64,000 bases of DNA from Myxococcota bacterium (GTDB lineage Bacteria; Myxococcota_A; UBA9160; UBA4427): the NCBI GenBank assembly GCA_965250285.1, contig OZ252299.1, positions 4,000,001-4,064,000 on the forward strand, written 5' to 3'. Both the position numbers and the translations under genes were made by a program. Below are positions 59,245-64,000 of this stretch, in pieces (the stretch's first letter is position 1; the number at the start of each line of letters is the position of its first letter). The notes beneath the pieces are model-generated. The model made no database searches. It was not told the DNA's origin and saw only the letters and a program-made list of their open reading frames with translations.

Positions 59245-59368
59245 GGCCCTTCGCCTTCTCGTTCGGGCACCGCTTCGCCCGGTCCCCACACCATCGCACC
59301 GCCGTCGCGCGGCGCCAGCGGCATTCGGCGAGGCTGCGCCACCCGGCGAAGCGCGCGGGGTGCTTTCC

Positions 59369-60532
59369 TCAGCGAGGCAGCCACGCTGCGAAGAACCGAA
59401 AGGCGTTCCCACCCATCACCTTGCGGATCTCCTCCCGCGTGAACCCCTCGTCGAGCATCGTCTGCGTGAGCACGGCGATCTCGGAGGCGTCGAAGAACAC
59501 CCGCGTGGCGCCGTCGAAGTCGGAGCCCAGGGCCACGTGGTCGACGCCGAGCAGATCGATGCCGTAGCGAATCGCGCGCACGACGCCCCGAGGCGACGCG
59601 TCGCAGACCGCGCCCGACCAAAAGCCGACGCCGACGAGGCCGCCGCCGTGCGCGATCTCGACCATCAGCTCGTCGTCGAGGTTGCGCGCCGAGTCGCAGA
59701 CACCGGCAAACCCGCCATGCGAGAGAATCACCGGCCGGCTCGAGCGGGCCAGCGTCTCGCGTACGCTCGCTCGCGAGGCGTGCGCCACGTCGATCACCAT
59801 CCCCCGCCTGCCCGCTTCGTCGACCAGCGCCCGACCGAGCTCGGTCAAGCCATCGCCCGAGACGCCGTGCAGTGAGCCGCCGACCTGATTGTCGAAGAAG
59901 TGGGTGAGCCCGACGACGCGCACGCCGAGCGCGTCGAGTGCATCGAGGTTCGCGAGCTCGCCGTCGAGCGCATGAGCGCCCTCGATGCCGAAGACGGCGC
60001 CCAGGACCCGCGCGCCCCCGGCGCGCGCGGCTTCGAGCGCGGCGAGGTCGGCGCGCGAACGAATCACGCGCAGCGAGCCGCCCGAGCGCAGCGCCCAGTC
60101 CTCGAGACGGCGGCCCTGGTACATGGCCCGCTCGAACGGACTGCCCCACGTCGCCGGTGGCCAGCCCTGCATGACCATCAGCCACCGGAGCGGATCGGTG
60201 TCGGAGGCGTTGCGTTCGTAATTCTGTCCCGACGGCGTCTGGGTCACGGCGGTCATGACCTGCAGCGCCAGCCCGCCCTCGAGCGCACGCGGCAGGTCGG
60301 TGTGACCCCGCTCGGCGCGCTCGAGCCAGTCGCGGCCCCAGAGCGTCGGGTCGGCGTGCAGATCGGCGACGGCGATCGAGTCGTGGAGGGTGCGAGCCCG
60401 GGCCGAGATCGGCCACGGCTCGTGGGGCGCGACGCGGTTGAGGCCCTGCTCGACGAGGGCGGGCCCGACGGTGAAGAACGCGACGATGGCGACCCCGAAG
60501 ATCGCGGCCATGACGAGCAGGAACGGCTTCAT
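59369..60532 (-). CDS. Membrane dipeptidase (peptidase M19)
   Basis: DLHAD, IEGAH, DVAHAS, SHGG, RNLDD, GSDFDG, GGNA.R. Confidence 0.9.
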   Translation of the reverse strand: MKPFLLVMAAIFGVAIVAFFTVGPALVEQGLNRVAPHEPWPISARARTLHDSIAVADLHADPTLWGRDWLERAERGHTDLPRALEGGLALQVMTAVTQTPSGQNYERNASDTDPLRWLMVMQGWPPATWGSPFERAMYQGRRLEDWALRSGGSLRVIRSRADLAALEAARAGGARVLGAVFGIEGAHALDGELANLDALDALGVRVVGLTHFFDNQVGGSLHGVSGDGLTELGRALVDEAGRRGMVIDVAHASRASVRETLARSSRPVILSHGGFAGVCDSARNLDDELMVEIAHGGGLVGVGFWSGAVCDASPRGVVRAIRYGIDLLGVDHVALGSDFDGATRVFFDASEIAVLTQTMLDEGFTREEIRKVMGGNAFRFFAAWLPR

Positions 60533-60607
60533 CCGGGCTCCCCGGCCGTCCAGTCGACGGACCTCGGCCTGGGAACCTATCACGGGGGGCGCGGGGTGCT
60601 CCGCGCC

Positions 60608-60913
60608 CTAGTGCGAAGCCTCGGAAGAGGCGCTCAACGCCATCGAGAGCGACTGCGCGACCGCCAGCGCATGGTCGAGCAGCAGGGCCACCTCGGGCGC
60701 GAAGGCAAAGCCCCGAAACGCGCTCGTCGAGAGCTCCATGAACGGGCCCGCCATGTCGTCGGGCTCCTCCACACGCTTCAGCCCCTCGCGGATCCCCGAG
60801 AAGAAGGCGTGCTGGTCGGCGTCTCCGAACGCGTCGGTGAGTCGGCAGAGCTCATCGATGAGCGGGAGCAGGTCGCCCTCGACGACGTCGCGGGTCTCCT
60901 TCAATGCCGACAT
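60608..60913 (-). CDS. Small hypothetical protein
   Basis: 101-aa helical ORF with GGAGG SD directly downstream of the BLUF gene. Confidence 0.65.
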   Translation of the reverse strand: MSALKETRDVVEGDLLPLIDELCRLTDAFGDADQHAFFSGIREGLKRVEEPDDMAGPFMELSTSAFRGFAFAPEVALLLDHALAVAQSLSMALSASSEASH

Positions 60914-60926
60914 GCCGCCTCCCACC

Positions 60927-61364
60927 TCAGGGCCCGTCGCGGCTGACGATTGCAGCGCCGCTCGCAAGCTCTCCGAGCATGGCCAGCGCGCTGGTCGCCG
61001 TCATCGCGTACGGGTCCATCGCGCCGCCACCTGAGTACCGCAGCACGATGCTTCGGTTGACCTTGTCGAGATCGACGCTGCCCATCCGCCAGCTCGTGAA
61101 CCGTCGCTCGTCGACATCGGCGTAGTGGATCAGCGTGACGTCGTAGTGGCGTGGATCGCGCGCGATATGCGTATAGAGCCGATTCACCTCGGCCCGCCCG
61201 CCCTCGAGCACCTGAAGGAAGAGGCCCGGCTCGCGCTGCACGCAGAGGATACCGGTGACACCCAGCACCTCGTTGTTCTGCCGAGACTGGCGCAGAATCG
61301 ACGCCATCAGCGCGTCGTCGACCGGCGCCATCGCCCGGCTCGCATAGACGAGACGAACCAGCAC
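60927..61364 (-). CDS. Stand-alone BLUF blue-light sensor
   Basis: LVYAS (Tyr), NN...VTGIL, FLQVLEG (Gln), I.RDPRH, RRF.SWRM. Confidence 0.93.
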   Translation of the reverse strand: MLVRLVYASRAMAPVDDALMASILRQSRQNNEVLGVTGILCVQREPGLFLQVLEGGRAEVNRLYTHIARDPRHYDVTLIHYADVDERRFTSWRMGSVDLDKVNRSIVLRYSGGGAMDPYAMTATSALAMLGELASGAAIVSRDGP

Positions 61365-61367
61365 GGT

Positions 61368-62138
61368 CTACGACCGCGCGTCGATGAGAGAGAGGAACTC
61401 ACGGCGCAGCGATGCGTCCTTCAAGAACGAGCCCCGCATGATCGAGTTGGTCATCTTCGACTCACCGTCCTTGACGCCGCGCCACTGCATGCAGAAGTGG
61501 TCGGCCTTCATGACGATCGCGATGCCGTCGGGCTGCATCTTGTCCTGAAGCACCTCGGCGACCTGATCGATGGCCTCTTCCTGGATCTGCGGTCGAGACA
61601 TGATCCAGTCGATCAGGCGCGCGTACTTCGAAAGCCCGATCAGCTCGCTGTGTTCGTTCGGCATCACGCCGACCCAGACGCGCCCCATGATCGGGCAGAG
61701 GTGGTGCGAGCAAGCGCTGCGCACGGTGATCGGCCCGATGATCATCAGCTCGCTCAGCTGCGACACATTCGGGAACTCGGTGACGGGCGGGGCTTCGCGG
61801 TAGCGACCGCCGAAGACCTCGCGCAGGTACATCTTGGCCACGCGGCGCGCCGTATCCTGGGTGTTGTGGTCGTCATCGATGTCGATGACCAGAGCTCGCA
61901 GCACCTCGGACATCTTGTCGGCCACCTCGGCCTGGAGCGCCTCGAGCTCGCCCTCGCGAATGAACGCATGGATGTTGTCGTTGGCGTTGAAGCGGGCGCC
62001 CTGCGCCTGCAGTCGAGCTCGAATGCGATCGGCGACGGGGGTCGTGCTGCCGGGGTCCTCGAACAAGGCCGGTGCCGGTGCGGCTGCGGACGAGCGGGCG
62101 CGCTCGGGGGCGACGAGGTTCTCCAGGGAAACGCTCAT
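61368..62138 (-). CDS. folE: GTP cyclohydrolase I (FolE, CSHH variant)
   Basis: DTARRVAKMY, SACSHHLCP, GLSKYARL, RPQIQE, HFCMQWRGV. Confidence 0.92.
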   Translation of the reverse strand: MSVSLENLVAPERARSSAAAPAPALFEDPGSTTPVADRIRARLQAQGARFNANDNIHAFIREGELEALQAEVADKMSEVLRALVIDIDDDHNTQDTARRVAKMYLREVFGGRYREAPPVTEFPNVSQLSELMIIGPITVRSACSHHLCPIMGRVWVGVMPNEHSELIGLSKYARLIDWIMSRPQIQEEAIDQVAEVLQDKMQPDGIAIVMKADHFCMQWRGVKDGESKMTNSIMRGSFLKDASLRREFLSLIDARS

Positions 62139-62213
62139 GAAGTTGGGCTCCGATGGATGGGGTTCGAGCGGGCTGCGCCGGTCGAACGACGATGGCTTCT
62201 GCCTAGAAAAAAG

Positions 62214-62291
62214 CTGGACAATATCGACTGGTACAGATTCTAGACGCACGAGATCTGTACTGTCCAGTTCTGATGTCCAAATTTTCTGGAC
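62214..62291 (-). promoter_or_regulatory. folE-BLUF promoter with nested inverted repeats
   Basis: Minus-strand TGGACA-N18-TAGAAT (62266-62237); GTACAGAT-N14-ATCTGTAC (62231-62260); CTGGACA/TGTCCAG (62214/62261); GTCCA-N7-TGGAC (62275-62291). Confidence 0.65.
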
Positions 62292-62340
62292 GTTTCGCGC
62301 TTTTCGTCGATGAGAGCGAGCTGAAGCGCTCGACAGCGCT

Positions 62341-64000
62341 TCAGGCAGACCGCTCAGCGGCCGGCAGCCCCGACCAGTGTCCGGGATCCTGGGGACCCGC
62401 GGCCGGCATCACCTCGACCGGGATCCCCGTCAGGCGCGACATGCCGCTCACGGGCTCGACGGCGTCGACGCCGTCGGCCGCGAGCAGATTCACGTTGACC
62501 CCGCTGGTGCGGCTGGCGACCGAGAGCCCGGGCGCACCCTGGTGCCCCCAGCCGTGCGGCAGCGCCACGCTGCCGGGCAGCAGATCGTCGAGCAGCTGGA
62601 TCGGCACCCGCACCGTGGCCGTCGCCGACCGCACGTCGGCGAGATCGCCCGGTTCGAGCCCCGCCGCCTTCGCGTCCTGGGAGTGCATGTACAGATAGTT
62701 GGTGTGGAGCGCGCCGCGGACGAACTCGGCGTCATTGTGCGTCCACGAGTTGTGGGTCTTCACGTGCCGCTTGGTGATGAGCCGAAGCCCCCCGACGTCA
62801 CGCTGCTCGGCCTCGAAGGCCTGCTCGAGCACCGCGGCGCGCTCGACGAGACGCGCCGGCGCGAGAGCGATCTTGCGGTCGGCAGTCGCCACCCCACCCT
62901 CGCGCAGCGAACCCACTGGATGCGCCGGACGCGATCGACCGTGGGTCTCGGCTTCGAGCGCATCGAAGCCGCCGTTCTTCGTGAGGCGCAAGATCGACGA
63001 CATCAGAAACTTCTGCGGGACCGAGCGCGGCCGGTCGGGGTTCTTCTTCGAGTGCCGCGCGGTGCCCCACTCGAGCAGTCGCTGCGCGATCCCCGAGCCG
63101 AAGAGCGGCGCGCCGCACGCATGAGCGAGATCGAGATAGATCGTCGCTTCGTCGCGCTGGTCGCCGGGCGACGCGCAGACGGGCTCGGTTGCCTGCAGAT
63201 ACGGTCGCGACTGCATCCCCATGAGCAGCGGAAACGCGAAGGGCAGATCGAAACGCTCGAAGGGGGTCGTCGCCGGCAGCTGCCAGTGCGCGAGGTGCCC
63301 GGTCTCGGTGGGCAGGATGTCGATCGTCACCAGCAGCTCGAGGCCCTCGAAGGCGCGCTTGAGGCGTTCGCTGTTGGCCATCGTGATGAGCGGATTGCCG
63401 CCCGTGACGAACAGCGCCTTCAGCTGGCCCGGCCCCTCGGTCAGCATCTCGTCGGCCATCACGCCGCCCGGGAAAGCGTCGTTGACCGCCTGGAACCCGC
63501 CGATGCGCGACGTCTCGCTCGAGAGCCCGAAGCCGCTGCGCTCGCCGAGCTTGGCGAAGTCGAGAATGCCCCGGCCGAGGATCGTGCCGCCCCGGCGGTC
63601 GAGGTTGCCGCTGACGGCGTTGATCACCTCCTGCAGCCAGAACGCGAGGGCGCCGTGCCCACCCATGTTCACGCCGGTCGAGCTGTAGAGCACCGCGCCG
63701 TCGGCCTCACGGTACGCGCGCACCATCGCGCGCAGGGTCTCGGCGGGGATCCGCGTGACGTCGGCCGTGCGCTCGGGGCTCCAGGGCGCGACGATGCGCT
63801 CGACCTCGTCGAAGCCGGTCGTCAGCGCTTCGACCGTTTCGCGATCGACCCCGCCCGTCGCGATCAACTCGTTCAGGAACGAGAGATAGAAGAACACGTC
63901 GGTGCCCGGCTGGATCGCCACGTACTCGCCCGCCGTCTTCGCCGTCTCGGTCCGGCGCGGATCGACGACGAAGATGCGACCGCCCCGCGCCTCGATCTCC
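62341..64000 (-). CDS. Molybdopterin-dependent oxidoreductase, 5' end outside window
   Basis: VDPRRTETA, IQPGTD, SGNLDRRGG, GGNP, TETGHLA...LPA, HNSW.HN, GSVALPHGWG. Confidence 0.9.
   Translation of the reverse strand, partial: EIEARGGRIFVVDPRRTETAKTAGEYVAIQPGTDVFFYLSFLNELIATGGVDRETVEALTTGFDEVERIVAPWSPERTADVTRIPAETLRAMVRAYREADGAVLYSSTGVNMGGHGALAFWLQEVINAVSGNLDRRGGTILGRGILDFAKLGERSGFGLSSETSRIGGFQAVNDAFPGGVMADEMLTEGPGQLKALFVTGGNPLITMANSERLKRAFEGLELLVTIDILPTETGHLAHWQLPATTPFERFDLPFAFPLLMGMQSRPYLQATEPVCASPGDQRDEATIYLDLAHACGAPLFGSGIAQRLLEWGTARHSKKNPDRPRSVPQKFLMSSILRLTKNGGFDALEAETHGRSRPAHPVGSLREGGVATADRKIALAPARLVERAAVLEQAFEAEQRDVGGLRLITKRHVKTHNSWTHNDAEFVRGALHTNYLYMHSQDAKAAGLEPGDLADVRSATATVRVPIQLLDDLLPGSVALPHGWGHQGAPGLSVASRTSGVNVNLLAADGVDAVEPVSGMSRLTGIPVEVMPAAGPQDPGHWSGLPAAERSA

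Noticed and set aside
61368..62138. folE as part of a 7-deazaguanine (que/dpd) modification or prophage locus
   Set aside because: No queC/D/E, dpdA or phage genes nearby; the neighbour is BLUF.
1..64000. rRNA, tRNA, IS elements, integrases, defence systems
   Set aside because: None recognised; intergenic gaps are short and composition is uniform. A tRNAscan/Infernal run would be needed to exclude small RNAs.

Overview
High-GC, gene-dense chromosomal window from a diderm bacterium (TonB-dependent receptor, PagL-like barrel, lipoprotein). Gene content suggests Myxococcota or a related deltaproteobacterial lineage, which is an inference. I call about 58 CDS. Most act on hydrophobic or aromatic compounds: a carotenoid oxygenase, a P450, a Rieske oxygenase, two FAD monooxygenases, an extradiol-type dioxygenase, two PhyH-like dioxygenases, an acyl-CoA dehydrogenase pair, an F420-type LLM and four TetR regulators. 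Also present are a large NAD-glutamate dehydrogenase, an orphan hybrid histidine kinase and a folE-BLUF light-related module. I found no rRNA, tRNA, CRISPR, integrase or transposase. The best candidate for an undescribed system is a minus-strand operon at 42310-45039. It encodes a protein whose C-terminus resembles plant DWARF27 (beta-carotene isomerase), a translationally coupled 71-aa coiled-coil/CxxC protein, and a lipoprotein built from two 239-aa Cys-rich repeats. Other signals: the folE-BLUF promoter with nested palindromes, duplicated TetR genes sharing an identically spaced upstream element, a probable ATT-initiated TetR, several leaderless-looking genes, a 4x23-bp tandem repeat upstream of the pagL-like gene, and a membrane-anchored FAH-family enzyme. 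All family calls come from recognising motifs by eye; no database search was run.
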